Source: an uncultured Bacteriovoracaceae bacterium (GTDB taxonomy: Bacteria; Bdellovibrionota; Bacteriovoracia; Bacteriovoracales; Bacteriovoracaceae). From it: a stretch of DNA of 64,000 nucleotides. How positions within the stretch are numbered: position 1 is the stretch's first letter; every line of letters starts with the position of its first letter. The position numbers and the translations under genes are program-made. The notes under the pieces were generated by a model that was given only the letters and a program-made list of their open reading frames with translations, was not told the DNA's origin and made no database searches. The stretch covers positions 1-64,000 of the forward strand of contig CAXGUD010000016.1 of NCBI GenBank assembly GCA_964012805.1. Direction: 5' to 3'. Below are positions 28,860 through 38,798 of this stretch, one piece after another.

Positions 28860-29804
28860 GTGAAAGAAAAACCATTTATTTTTTTTAATGGTCAAACATT
28901 TTATGATTTTAGTGATTTTTCTTTTCCATTAAATAGGGCCATGCTTTATGGAGAGAGTATTTTTACGACATTCCTTTTTTCTGAAAAAACTCCTTATTAT
29001 TTACAAGAACACCTTTCAAGAACTTATAAGGGAATAGAGTTTCTTTATGGCAAAAACTTTTTAACATTCGAACTATATAAAAATGTATGGCAAAGTTTAA
29101 TTTGTGCCTTTGAAAGTTGTCGAGACGGTATAGATTACTCTTTCCGCCTTACTTTTTTTTTAAAAAGCTCATCAAGGTCTTTTCTTTCAGATGATAAAGA
29201 TGAATTATGTTTCTTTCTTTTGGGATCACCTATCGGAATATCCAAGAGAAGAAGCAAGGGGGTTAGTCTAGCTTTAGCTCAAGGAAGAAGGTTACAAGAT
29301 GGGAAGCCGTCTTTTTTAAAAATGGGTAATTATGGAGATACTCTCATTGAGCTTAGAAATGCAAAGAAAAAAGGGTTCGACGATGTTCTTTTTCTAGATT
29401 TTAAAAATAGAGTTAAAGAGTGCTCAACAAGTAACATAATTTTAATAAGAGGAACAAACTTGGTAACTCCTCAGCTAGATTCTTGCTTGCTTGATGGAAT
29501 AACTAGGAAGAACTTTATAAAGTTTTGGAAATTTATAGGGGGGGATGTTGTCGAGAGGAGCATAGAGTTTGATGAGATAAATAGTTTTGACACTGTTTTA
29601 TTAGCAAACTCGATTCAACTTATCCGAACTTGTTTTCAATTAGAAAATATTAAGTTTAAAAAAAGAAAAGTAATCAATTTTTCTCAAACTGAGATTTTTC
29701 AAAAGTTTAACTCTTATTCAAAAGAAAATAGCTATAAGGAATTTATAAAATATGAAAAAGAAAAAAGTTGGAGTCGTATGCCCTCAGTGCAAGAAGAAGT
29801 TTAA
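28860..29804 (+). CDS. PLP-dependent fold-type IV enzyme (IlvE/PabC/D-amino acid aminotransferase family)
   Basis: [22 protein letters not shown] (PLP Lys), ECSTSNI, LDGITRK, LANS. Confidence 0.85.
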   Translation: MKEKPFIFFNGQTFYDFSDFSFPLNRAMLYGESIFTTFLFSEKTPYYLQEHLSRTYKGIEFLYGKNFLTFELYKNVWQSLICAFESCRDGIDYSFRLTFFLKSSSRSFLSDDKDELCFFLLGSPIGISKRRSKGVSLALAQGRRLQDGKPSFLKMGNYGDTLIELRNAKKKGFDDVLFLDFKNRVKECSTSNIILIRGTNLVTPQLDSCLLDGITRKNFIKFWKFIGGDVVERSIEFDEINSFDTVLLANSIQLIRTCFQLENIKFKKRKVINFSQTEIFQKFNSYSKENSYKEFIKYEKEKSWSRMPSVQEEV

Positions 29805-29964
29805 TTACTATGATTCCGATTTCAGACCATTTTGCTCTGAAAGATGTAAGCAAATTGATTTAGGTCATTGGTTAGAGGAGAGTTATAATATACCTTCAGG
29901 GGAGCCTCTTCAAGAAGAAGACTTTGATAAAATTGAACAAGAGGAACTAAAGAAGGACTCTTAA
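29752..29964 (+). CDS. yacG: DNA gyrase inhibitor YacG (zinc finger)
   Basis: CPQC...[24 protein letters not shown]. Confidence 0.93.
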   Translation: MKKKKVGVVCPQCKKKFNYYDSDFRPFCSERCKQIDLGHWLEESYNIPSGEPLQEEDFDKIEQEELKKDS

Positions 29965-29965
29965 T

Positions 29966-30835
29966 TTGAAAAATAAGAAACTAAACCTTTTAAAGGCTCT
30001 AAAGTTTTCAAAAGAAATAGCTTTTGAGTCTGGTAAAATTCTGGAAAGATATCAAAAAAAAATAGGGTCTCTTACAGTTAACTACAAAAAAGCCCAGGGC
30101 GTTTGTTCAGAAGCGGATATAATGTCTGAAAAGTATCTTATTAAAAGGATAAAGAAGGAGTATCCAGACCACGAAATTCTCGCAGAAGAGACATCATTTT
30201 TAAATTCAGATATATCCAAGAAAGATTTTGACCGGTTTAAAAAAGCAGAATGGTGCTGGGTCATAGATCCTTTAGATGGAACAAATAATTTTTTAAACGG
30301 TCTTGATTATTACTCGATCTGCATTGCTCTAGCTCATCGTGGAAAGGTTTGTATGGGGTTGGTATATAGGCCAAGTAATGGTGATTGCTATTTTGCAGAA
30401 GAAAATAAAAAGGCAGGTTTAGCGAATTTAAAAACTTTGAGCCGAAAAAAAATTATCAAAAGAGATGATCTTTTATTAAAAAAAGGAAAGAAAATTTCAG
30501 ATTGTCTTCTTGTGACAGGATTTTCTGCAAAAAAAGGTAGCTCCTTTAAGAAAGAGTTTGAAAAATTTGCCTACCTTTTACAAAAATGCAGAGGTATTAG
30601 AAGAATGGGGAGTGCTGCTTTAGATTTGTGTTTGGTCGCAGAAGGAAAACTCGATGCCTTTTGGGAAGTTGGTTTGTCACCATGGGATGTCGCAGCTCCA
30701 AGCCTTATTTGTAAGCAAGTAGGTCTTTTTATAGGGACTTATGATGGGGACTACTTTGATGCATTTGCAAAGGATAGTCTTTTAGTTACACCACATAACT
30801 TGAAAAAAGAGTTTATAACCTATTTAAGTGGTTAG
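29966..30835 (+). CDS. suhB: Inositol monophosphatase family protein (SuhB-like)
   Basis: ILAEE, WVIDPLDGTNNF, RRMGSAALDL, WDVAA. Confidence 0.88.
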   Translation: MKNKKLNLLKALKFSKEIAFESGKILERYQKKIGSLTVNYKKAQGVCSEADIMSEKYLIKRIKKEYPDHEILAEETSFLNSDISKKDFDRFKKAEWCWVIDPLDGTNNFLNGLDYYSICIALAHRGKVCMGLVYRPSNGDCYFAEENKKAGLANLKTLSRKKIIKRDDLLLKKGKKISDCLLVTGFSAKKGSSFKKEFEKFAYLLQKCRGIRRMGSAALDLCLVAEGKLDAFWEVGLSPWDVAAPSLICKQVGLFIGTYDGDYFDAFAKDSLLVTPHNLKKEFITYLSG

Positions 30836-30874
30836 GTTTTTACCCATGTTACCAGGGTAAAGGTTGAGGGTCTG

Positions 30875-30903
30875 TTGACTCAGGTTGAGGCTAATTTTAT
30901 AAT
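30875..30903 (+). promoter_or_regulatory. Putative sigma70 promoter
   Basis: TTGACT-17 nt-TATAAT, 65 bp upstream of the 30969 ORF. Confidence 0.75.
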
Positions 30904-30968
30904 GTTAGCGAGGTATTTTATATTGTTTGGGAGTATAGTTTCTCAGACAGTTTCCATGGAGGGAGACT

Positions 30969-31958
30969 GTGGCTGAAATTCTAAAAAGGTTCCTTGCAGA
31001 TTTAATCGCCGTTATTACAGAGTCCACTGGCGATACGATGATTATTTCTGCTCTTGTACTGCTTTTAGTTCTAGGTGCTCTTGTATCTGTTTGGCTTTAT
31101 AACAGAAGAAAATTCCATAATCTTTCTCATCAAATACCGGCGAGCATTGTTAAAAATTACCTAGACTCAATAATTCAAAACTCAACTTCCTTGAAGTCCT
31201 CCCTTTTCAGAGGGGGAGGGATGGATATTGGGGAAGGAATTCCTTCTGTTGTTCCGACTGATGACTTAAGGCCTGGGCCGGTTTCAGCTGCTTCATCAGA
31301 GGAGTTAAATAGAAAAAATGCAGAAATATCATCCCTTAATTCTAAGTTATCGGACAAAGACAGACTTATTTCAGACCTTGAGAAAAGGTTAGCAGACGCC
31401 GCAAAAGCTGGTGGTGGTGATGCAGTTCTTCAATCAGAGGTAGACCGACTTCAAAAAGAAAAAAAAGATTTAGAAGCCAAGGTAAAATCGTTAGAAGAAG
31501 AGCTTGCTAAAGCAAAAGCTAACGCAGGAGATCCTGCTGCTTTGGAGTCTATCACAAAAGAGAGAGACGCCCTTAAAGAAAGGCTAGTTGAATATGAAAT
31601 CATTGAAGAAGATCTAGCAAATCTTAAAAAGCTTCAACAAGAAAATGAGACACTTAAAAAAGAACTTGATGCATTGAAAGCAGGTGGAGCAGTGGCGGCA
31701 GGAGCTGCAGCTGCAGCCGTCGCATCAGCACCAGAGCCAGAGCCTCCACCACCAGCACCAGAGCCAGAGCCAGAGCCTCCAACTCCTGAACCAGCCGGAG
31801 ATGATGATTTAGAAGCTGCCATGGCGGCGGCTATTGAAGAGCCTGCAGCAGCAGAAGCACCAGCAGAAGAAGCTCCAGCAGGGGAAGGTGAAGAAGAGGG
31901 AGAAGATCAAAAATCAGCAGAAGAGTTGTTAAGTGAATTTGAAAAAATGCTCGGTTAA
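30969..31958 (+). CDS. Single-TM coiled-coil protein with Pro/Glu/Ala-rich disordered tail
   Basis: TM at about aa 24-44, long heptad repeats, PEPEPPPPAPEPEPEPP, terminal helix SAEELLSEFEKMLG; SD GGAGGGAG. Confidence 0.8.
   Translation: MAEILKRFLADLIAVITESTGDTMIISALVLLLVLGALVSVWLYNRRKFHNLSHQIPASIVKNYLDSIIQNSTSLKSSLFRGGGMDIGEGIPSVVPTDDLRPGPVSAASSEELNRKNAEISSLNSKLSDKDRLISDLEKRLADAAKAGGGDAVLQSEVDRLQKEKKDLEAKVKSLEEELAKAKANAGDPAALESITKERDALKERLVEYEIIEEDLANLKKLQQENETLKKELDALKAGGAVAAGAAAAAVASAPEPEPPPPAPEPEPEPPTPEPAGDDDLEAAMAAAIEEPAAAEAPAEEAPAGEGEEEGEDQKSAEELLSEFEKMLG
31728..31794 (+). repeat. Short coding tandem repeats (CCAGAG)n encoding Pro-Glu
   Basis: GCACCAGAGCCAGAGCCTCCA recurs with one extra CCAGAG unit. 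Confidence 0.8.
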
Positions 31959-32739
31959 AAAATTTGGTGTTCTTTGCCCTATAATTACTCTTATCATATT
32001 TCTATCTTTCATTCCAAATTCGTTGCCCTCAATAAAAAGAAATTATTTTAATACCCCTTTAAGTGAAGAAAAAGAGCTGATTAATCTTCTCCTAAATAAA
32101 AGGAAAGATTCAGATAACCTAAAAAAAATAAAAAACTTATCATTTAGAATGAGTGGGGCTTCGGTACCAATATTAATAAAGGCAATGAAAAGTAATAAAT
32201 TTCCTGATAAAAACCGTTGGGCTGCCACGTTTATTTTGGGAAAGATTATGGGAAAGAAATCTGTGCCACTTTTAATAAAGTATTTGGAACATCCTAATTT
32301 TATTTTGAGACTGGCCAGTTTAAAAACACTTCTGCAACTTAAGGAAAGAAACCTAAAGGGAAACCTAAAAAAAGTTTTGAGAGATAAGTCTTTATTAGTT
32401 CGTATTCAGGCATTGGAAAATATAAAAAGATTAAAACTAAAGAAATACTCTAATGATGTTTGGAAGATGCTCTTTGAAAAAAAAAATTATCATAATTTAA
32501 AGAATAAAAAGTTCGTAAGAGGAAGAATAATAAGAAAGGTCGTTAGGGTTTTAGGAGATTTAAATTTTAAAAGGGCCCTGGGACCTTTTCTTAAACTGAT
32601 TCAAAAGGACCATTACCAAGACTTGTTTTTTGATATTGACTATTCTCTTCAAAAGTTATCAGGAAAAAAATCACCCGATGGTAGCGAAAAATTAAAAAGA
32701 TTTTTTTGGAAAAAGTATATGAAGAAGCTTTCAATGTAA
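31933..32739 (+). CDS. HEAT/PBS-lyase-repeat protein, Lys-rich, N-terminal hydrophobic segment (start uncertain)
   Basis: Repeats such as RWAATFILGKI..SVPLLIKYLEHPNFILRLASLKTL and LRDKSLLVRIQALENI. Confidence 0.7.
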   Translation: MNLKKCSVKKFGVLCPIITLIIFLSFIPNSLPSIKRNYFNTPLSEEKELINLLLNKRKDSDNLKKIKNLSFRMSGASVPILIKAMKSNKFPDKNRWAATFILGKIMGKKSVPLLIKYLEHPNFILRLASLKTLLQLKERNLKGNLKKVLRDKSLLVRIQALENIKRLKLKKYSNDVWKMLFEKKNYHNLKNKKFVRGRIIRKVVRVLGDLNFKRALGPFLKLIQKDHYQDLFFDIDYSLQKLSGKKSPDGSEKLKRFFWKKYMKKLSM

Positions 32740-32744
32740 ATTAA

Positions 32745-33530
32745 TTAACTTTCCAGGCTTTCTATCGATTCTATACTTTCTTCATCCTCACCTTCATCTT
32801 CACCCTCATCTTCATTTTCGTTAGTATTAATTTTTTCTTTTTTGGAAGTTTCTCCTTTTTCAATGGATTCTATATCTTCTATGCTCTCAGTATCTTCTGA
32901 TTCTTCTATGTCTTCGATTGATTTATCTTCCTCTTGAGCTGCTAGGTCTGAATCATTTTCTTCATCGTCATTTACGGTTTCATTTTCAATTGGCAAATAT
33001 TCATTTTTGTTTTTTCTTCCTTCCATTAGACTTGAAAAAAGCTCTTCCTCTAAACTTAGGTCGGAAGATGTAGAATTCCAGGGACTTGATGAGTCATTTT
33101 TGACTTTTTGATTTTTAAATATTGTTAGTTTGCAGCTTTCTTTGTTGTTTGAGTGAGTCTTCCCTTTTAAGTAAAGCTTAAATTTCGCGCTTTTTTCAAG
33201 TATGTTATTTTTCTCTTTTGAAAAAAAAGAAAATGTATTGTCAATCCAATGGGTTTTAATAAAGTTTTTTTTAAAACTGACTCTTTTTAGGTCAAACCTT
33301 TTTAAGAGAAGGGTTAAAGTCTCAAATGTTTTTTGACAACTAAATGGAACTTTTCTTGTTGGAAACTCATAAGATGCAAGTTGGGCCCTTTGTGGTTTAG
33401 CTTTTTTTCGACTGCAGGAAGAAGTAATTGATCCTAAGAAAAAAAGGATAATAATAATCACTTGGTATTTATTAATTTGATTTTTTTTAAAAAGCAATTT
33501 CTTCAACCTCTTTTGATTTTCTTTTTTCAA
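32745..33530 (-). CDS. Putative lipoprotein with BamC-like domain and acidic low-complexity tail
   Basis: Hydrophobic stretch ending TSSC; IKTHWIDNT...AKFKL motif shared with the neighbour; EDEGEDEGEDEESIESIES tail. Confidence 0.6.
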   Translation of the reverse strand: MKKENQKRLKKLLFKKNQINKYQVIIIILFFLGSITSSCSRKKAKPQRAQLASYEFPTRKVPFSCQKTFETLTLLLKRFDLKRVSFKKNFIKTHWIDNTFSFFSKEKNNILEKSAKFKLYLKGKTHSNNKESCKLTIFKNQKVKNDSSSPWNSTSSDLSLEEELFSSLMEGRKNKNEYLPIENETVNDDEENDSDLAAQEEDKSIEDIEESEDTESIEDIESIEKGETSKKEKINTNENEDEGEDEGEDEESIESIESLES

Positions 33531-34080
33531 GCTCTTCTAATTTTTTTTCAATAAGAAGAATTCTTTTCAGTCTGTAAAGGAGAGTTTTCTCTATGATTTG
33601 ATCACTTGGAATAACTTTCCAGCCTTGGAGTAAGTCTTTCTGAACTAATTGTCTTTTAGAGATGAATACTTTAGTGACTTCTCTTTCTGTTCTGTATCCT
33701 TTTACAACGTTTATAATTAATTTAAATTTAGCTGTTTTGTAACCAGAACCTCGATTAAGAGAGTTTGAAAAATTCATCTCAAGGGTATTATCAATCCATC
33801 TTGTTTTCCACAGTCCTGAAGCCCTATTACTAACTTCAAGAGAGTAATTATATGTGTCAATGATGTTTTTTATTGCACTCCATGTCATCTCGTAATTAGC
33901 TCTAAAAACCTGAGAAGGGAGTTCGTAATCCCTTGAAACATTTTTAAAGTGGTCATAGGAAGTGCACCCTGTTAGACAAATGAAAATTATGACTGTGAAT
34001 GTTTTTTGAAGGAAAACCTCTATTTTGTCTTGAATAGTGTGTCTTGTGGGGATATTTTTCATCGATGGACATTTTATCAC
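33487..34080 (-). CDS. Putative outer-membrane lipoprotein, BamC/NlpB-like domain (start uncertain)
   Basis: Lipobox LTGC; NYEMTWSAIK...SNRASGLWKTRWID pattern resembles BamC helix-grip domains. Confidence 0.6.
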   Translation of the reverse strand: MIKCPSMKNIPTRHTIQDKIEVFLQKTFTVIIFICLTGCTSYDHFKNVSRDYELPSQVFRANYEMTWSAIKNIIDTYNYSLEVSNRASGLWKTRWIDNTLEMNFSNSLNRGSGYKTAKFKLIINVVKGYRTEREVTKVFISKRQLVQKDLLQGWKVIPSDQIIEKTLLYRLKRILLIEKKLEELEKRKSKEVEEIAF

Positions 34081-34128
34081 ACTAAGTTAATAAATTCATT
34101 TTCACTTTCAAAAAATTGGAGCTTGTCA

Positions 34129-35118
34129 GTGGACTATCTTAAAGCGGCCCAGAATGTTTTAAACCTAGAAGCAAATGCCATACTAGCAGCATCCGAGCGT
34201 ATGGATAAAAAGGTAGTTAATGCCGTCATGTCCATTTTTGAGAGGCTCGAGGAGACAAGGGGGCAATTGATATTTTCTGGAGTAGGAAAGTCTGGATTTA
34301 TAGGGCGAAAAATTGCTTCGACATTTGCTTCTTTGGGTCTAAAGTCTTTTTTTCTTCACCCAGTTGAAGCTCTTCACGGAGATTTGGGCAGAGCAAAAAA
34401 AGAAGATACCATAGTTTTAATTAGTAAGTCAGGGACAACAGAAGAGGTAATGAAACTTATACCTTTTCTACCAATTCCTCGAGAAAGAAGAATTGGTCTT
34501 CTTGGAGACTTGGGTTCACCCATTGCTAAAGAGTGCTTTGTGACATTAGATTGCTCTGTTGAAAAGGAAGCCTGTTTGAATAATCAAGCTCCAACCACGA
34601 GTTCTACCTTGACCCTTGCTATGGGTGATGCTCTTGCTGTTCTCTATGAGAGGATGATAGGTCTTTCGAAAGAGGGATTTGCTTTTAACCACCCTGGCGG
34701 AATCTTGGGAAAATCTCTACGAATGAAGGTGGAGGACTTAATGGTCAGTATTAATGATTGTCCCCAGTGTCGAATTGAAACAAGTCTTCAGGACGTTATT
34801 CTTTCTATGACTGAGAATCCTGTTGGAGCTTGTGCTATTTTAGGCCCCAATAATGCCTTGAGAGGTATTGTTGTTGACGGTGATATAAGGAGAGCTTTTG
34901 CTTATGGTAAAGATGTTTTGAAAGTTTCTGTGAGAGATTTTATGACATCTTCACCTATTTCAATATCGAAGGGAGAACTTGCAAATAAGGCTTTAGACTT
35001 AATGGAGAACCGTAAAAGTCAAATAACTATTCTTCCCGTTTTAAATGAAAAAGATGAGTTCATGGGATTTTTGAGGCTTCATGACCTTCTTAATGCCGGT
35101 TTTTCTTTGCGAAATTGA
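34129..35118 (+). CDS. kdsD: Arabinose-5-phosphate isomerase, KpsF/GutQ family (SIS + CBS)
   Basis: SGVGKSGFIG, HPVEALHGDLG, SKSGTTEE, APTTSS, HPGGILG, CBS pair; GTG 34129 after GGAG. Confidence 0.93.
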   Translation: MDYLKAAQNVLNLEANAILAASERMDKKVVNAVMSIFERLEETRGQLIFSGVGKSGFIGRKIASTFASLGLKSFFLHPVEALHGDLGRAKKEDTIVLISKSGTTEEVMKLIPFLPIPRERRIGLLGDLGSPIAKECFVTLDCSVEKEACLNNQAPTTSSTLTLAMGDALAVLYERMIGLSKEGFAFNHPGGILGKSLRMKVEDLMVSINDCPQCRIETSLQDVILSMTENPVGACAILGPNNALRGIVVDGDIRRAFAYGKDVLKVSVRDFMTSSPISISKGELANKALDLMENRKSQITILPVLNEKDEFMGFLRLHDLLNAGFSLRN

Positions 35119-36764
35119 ATATGCTTCTTTTTATTTATTGTAAGAAGAACTTTTTGAATAAGAAAAAGTAAAGCTACGATGAGGCATAAAGGAAGCAGTC
35201 CCCATTTTTGGAAAAATGTCGGCTGTCTTTCTGAGTTATATTTAAACTTGTAGTCTTTTGAAACTTGTTTAAAAACATCTGTTCTTTTTTGCTCTGATCC
35301 GTCTGGAAGAAGAATTGAGCTTATTCCTGTGTTTGTCATCCTAATAATTGGTAAATTGAACTCAATTGCTCTCCAATGGCTCAGGAACAGGTGTTGAAAA
35401 GGTTCAATTGTGTCTCCATACCAGGAGTCATTCGTGAGGTTTATCAGAAAGTGAGGATTATCTTGAACTTTGTTAAGATACTTTCTTATAAAAGAAGAGA
35501 ATAAAATTTCGTAGCAAATTGCAGAAATGAAGGATGATTGATTTGAAGTTTTAAAAAGGGGAAAGTTCTTTCCTTCAGCAAAAAATGAAATATTTTTAAT
35601 ATAGCGGCTTAGAAAAGGATTAAGAGGGCCAAAAGGAAGCCCTTCCCCAAAAGGTATAAGTCTGTGCTTATGATAAACATTTTTGAAACTCCCTTCCTTT
35701 GAAACTAGAAAAGCACTATTGTATTCAGACTTATAACCTCTATTGATCTTATTGCTTACTCTGTCATACCCGCCAAAAAAAACTTCTGACTGCATTTTAG
35801 ATGCGACTGTTCGGATAACTATTGGAATCGCATTTTTATTTTCCTTCATTTTACTGGAGCTAAGGAGCAGAGGATAGGATGTTTCCGGCCAGACAATTAA
35901 GTCGGGTTGAGAGTTAAGAGGTTGAGTACTAAGTTTAAAATACCTTTGAGTTACTGAAAGTATCGAGTGTGGCTTACCACTTTCAGAATCCAGTTTCATG
36001 AAGTTACCAATATTGGCTTGTACAAGGCGAACGTTTAAATTTTTGATGGAGCCTTTTTCTTCACCTATTGGTGGAATTTTAAAGAGAAAATTTAAAAGTA
36101 GAAAAATGAAAAAGAGTGATAAAGGGAGAAAGTTTTTAATTTTTTCTTTTCTAAAAAGAGGAAGAAAGGAAAAAACAAGCCAAAAACTAAAAAAGGAAAA
36201 AGCTGGTGCTCCAAAGATTGGCGCCATACCTAAGTAAGGTGAGAGTCCTAGCCAAGGGTGTCCCAGGTGGGCTGGGAATTGTTGTGGACTGTAGTATTCT
36301 AAAAATACTAGTCCAATAGAAAATAAAATGATTCTAAGGTCGGGCTGAATTTTAAAGATCATTTTTTTAAGAAACTTTATTTTGAATAAAGCAATGAAAA
36401 TGAAAACTTGTGGTAAAAGAATAAATGAAAAAATTATCGATGTGAAAAAGTTAAGAAAACCTGAGATTTCTCCAAACTCTGTAAGGAAGTTAGGAATCCA
36501 ATAATAGCCAATAAGATTGTATCCCAGAGAAAATAAGAACCAGTGTGAAAAGTCATATGACTTTTTATTTTCATTGAAATTTTCTTTGCCCTCAAATGTA
36601 TTTAAAAAAGAGAGCTGAGCGAAAAAAATTAAATAGCCGATGATAGGTAAAAAGGGCAAAGGGGATTTTGTAATGATGGATGGAAAACCAAATGCGTAAA
36701 GTGTTCCACCTAAAAAAGATAAAATAAAGGGGGTAAGAAAAGAGTTTTTTAATCGATAAACCAT
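35079..36764 (-). CDS. lnt: Apolipoprotein N-acyltransferase
   Basis: Multi-TM N-terminus, VQANI, VWPETS, YHKHRLIPFGE, ICYE, NLTNDSWYG, RAIE. Confidence 0.95.
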   Translation of the reverse strand: MVYRLKNSFLTPFILSFLGGTLYAFGFPSIITKSPLPFLPIIGYLIFFAQLSFLNTFEGKENFNENKKSYDFSHWFLFSLGYNLIGYYWIPNFLTEFGEISGFLNFFTSIIFSFILLPQVFIFIALFKIKFLKKMIFKIQPDLRIILFSIGLVFLEYYSPQQFPAHLGHPWLGLSPYLGMAPIFGAPAFSFFSFWLVFSFLPLFRKEKIKNFLPLSLFFIFLLLNFLFKIPPIGEEKGSIKNLNVRLVQANIGNFMKLDSESGKPHSILSVTQRYFKLSTQPLNSQPDLIVWPETSYPLLLSSSKMKENKNAIPIVIRTVASKMQSEVFFGGYDRVSNKINRGYKSEYNSAFLVSKEGSFKNVYHKHRLIPFGEGLPFGPLNPFLSRYIKNISFFAEGKNFPLFKTSNQSSFISAICYEILFSSFIRKYLNKVQDNPHFLINLTNDSWYGDTIEPFQHLFLSHWRAIEFNLPIIRMTNTGISSILLPDGSEQKRTDVFKQVSKDYKFKYNSERQPTFFQKWGLLPLCLIVALLFLIQKVLLTINKKKHIQFRKEKPALRRS

Positions 36765-36818
36765 AGCAGATGTATCATACGACTTTTGACTTAATTTTGC
36801 CAATTTTAGATAACCTTA

Positions 36819-37817
36819 TTAATTCTCTCTACTTTTTTTGATGGTTAACCTTGAAGCACTTTTAAATGCATTAAAGGCATCTAATTTGCCACCCATAACA
36901 TGTTTATGAGCTATGGTGGTGGGACCTCTTTTCAAAGATGAATTGATTAAGATCTCTTTTATCTGAGAGGGCCTTAAACTAGGAAAATGTGAAATAAGAA
37001 GAGATGCAACACCTGTGACAAAAGCAGTAGCTTGGCTAGTTCCTGTCATTTCTCCAAATTTATTTCCTGGCATGGGCCCAATAATTTTAAAGCCTGGTGC
37101 CATAAGGTGGACAGAGTTCTTTCCAAAGTTTGAAAAGGGAAGAATCTTGGAGTTATTGTCATGAGCTGCAACACTGATGATATTATTAAGTTTATAGCTT
37201 GCTGGGAAGTAGACATTTTTTTTGTGGTCTAGGTTTAGAGCTTGGTTTCCTGAAGCTGCAATCAGGAGGATATTGCTCTTCTCAGCTTTTTTTAAAAGGT
37301 TAAATTCTTTGAAATAAGGTTTTAGGCCACCGCCAGAGTAATTAATGATATCAACCTTCATTTTGATTGCGAGTTTGTAAGACCTAAGTAATGAGTTAAA
37401 GTTGTCTTTTCCTTTTCCCTTAGGATTATTAAATTTAATTGAGATAATTTGTATATCAGGGTTGATACTTTTAATAATCCCTGAAACGTGAGTTCCATGA
37501 CCATTTAGATCACCAGAAAGACTACTTTGACCGTGGGTAAGATCTATACTTTGTGGTAAAACATTTTTTGAATATTTCTTTTTTTTGCCAAGAGAATTTT
37601 TGAAAAAAGAATGGTTTAAATCAATGCCAGTATCAATGATGGCAACTTTTACAGTTTTTCTTTTTTTGAAGACCTTCTTTGCTTTTTTTAATTTTATAAG
37701 TTGAAAGGGAATAGGGTTTAAATTCTTAACATTAATTGGCGTGGGCGAAGCCTTTGCAATCGACGAGTTGGTGACTAATAAGTAAATTAAACTTAGTAAA
37801 AGAAGGCCTTTAATCAT
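36819..37817 (-). CDS. Secreted subtilisin-like serine protease (S8)
   Basis: Signal peptide from ATG 37817; triad IIDTG / HGTHV / GTSQAT; oxyanion ASGN. Confidence 0.92.
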   Translation of the reverse strand: MIKGLLLLSLIYLLVTNSSIAKASPTPINVKNLNPIPFQLIKLKKAKKVFKKRKTVKVAIIDTGIDLNHSFFKNSLGKKKKYSKNVLPQSIDLTHGQSSLSGDLNGHGTHVSGIIKSINPDIQIISIKFNNPKGKGKDNFNSLLRSYKLAIKMKVDIINYSGGGLKPYFKEFNLLKKAEKSNILLIAASGNQALNLDHKKNVYFPASYKLNNIISVAAHDNNSKILPFSNFGKNSVHLMAPGFKIIGPMPGNKFGEMTGTSQATAFVTGVASLLISHFPSLRPSQIKEILINSSLKRGPTTIAHKHVMGGKLDAFNAFKSASRLTIKKSREN

Positions 37818-38072
37818 ACTAAATGTCCTTTTGGCAAAATGCATCCCAAACAGGAGCAATAGCTATATGCCACAAAAATGATGGGCTTTTAAAGGTTTTT
37901 AAGGAAGGAGTTGGAAGTTTATTTGTCATTTTTCAAAAAAATAGAGAAAATTATAAAAATAAACTTATTTTGTTTGTATTCTTGAATATATCGTTGTTTG
38001 CTGATTTGCATGGTAAAAAGAGAAGAGTTTTGTTTTTTGGGCATTTGCCTCTCATTTAAATGGGAATGAATT

Positions 38073-38798
38073 GTGAAAAGGGTTTTAATTTTTTTTAGCT
38101 TATTAGCACTTTTAGGAGGCGTTGTTTTCTTTTTCACTCTTGATTTCAAAGAGCAGGAAGAAGTAGAAACAGGATCAACGGAATTAGAGACCACTGAAGC
38201 GGGGTCAAGAAACATAGTTAGAACTGATTTTAATTCGTTAGAAAATAAGAAAACTTCGAGAGAGGAACAAACTGAAAGACCAGAAGTTGGGAAGGCCGAG
38301 GATAATGGAGTTAAAGATGCAGAAGACCCTAATAGAATAAACTCTGAATTTGAACTAGACCCTCAGTATTATCCTTCAATAGGAGGTTACTTGAAGGTCG
38401 ACGGAAAGGATATCCAAGCTCTTGAAATCTTTTTTAGGAAGACTGAGTCTTTTATAGTTAGTCTGGGTTTTAAAAAGGTGACAAACTCTATTTTTCAAGT
38501 TGAAAACTCCTTTTGGAACCTCCATCGAAACTCAGATGGAAAGAGTTATAATGTGAGGGTCGGTAGTGGACCTCTAAGTGGCAATATAGTTACTTTCACA
38601 GAGAAGAGAGAGCAAGGCGCTATTGAAAGTACAGATAATGAGCAAGAACAAGGCCAAGAGGGTGATAGTGAATCCGAAGATCCTGTGGATAGCGATGATC
38701 AGGCACAAAATGGATATGAGTTGCCAAATAGTGATCAAGAGGATCCGTCTATTAACGAAGACAGCAATGAGGCTATGGAAGATTCAACTTTTGAATAA
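38073..38798 (+). CDS. Hypothetical N-terminally anchored acidic protein
   Basis: Hydrophobic N-terminus, ~100-aa central beta-rich segment, D/E/Q-rich flanks. Confidence 0.7.
   Translation: MKRVLIFFSLLALLGGVVFFFTLDFKEQEEVETGSTELETTEAGSRNIVRTDFNSLENKKTSREEQTERPEVGKAEDNGVKDAEDPNRINSEFELDPQYYPSIGGYLKVDGKDIQALEIFFRKTESFIVSLGFKKVTNSIFQVENSFWNLHRNSDGKSYNVRVGSGPLSGNIVTFTEKREQGAIESTDNEQEQGQEGDSESEDPVDSDDQAQNGYELPNSDQEDPSINEDSNEAMEDSTFE

Noticed and set aside
31728..31794. Short direct repeats considered as a CRISPR array or contingency locus
   Set aside because: In-frame 6-nt units coding Pro-Glu; no spacers and no cas genes.
37833..37849. Minus-strand TTGGGATGCATTTTGCC sigma54-like -24/-12 box before the subtilase
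   Set aside because: GG-N10-GC spacing is right, but the implied TSS would fall downstream of the SD, a few nt from the ATG; unsupported.
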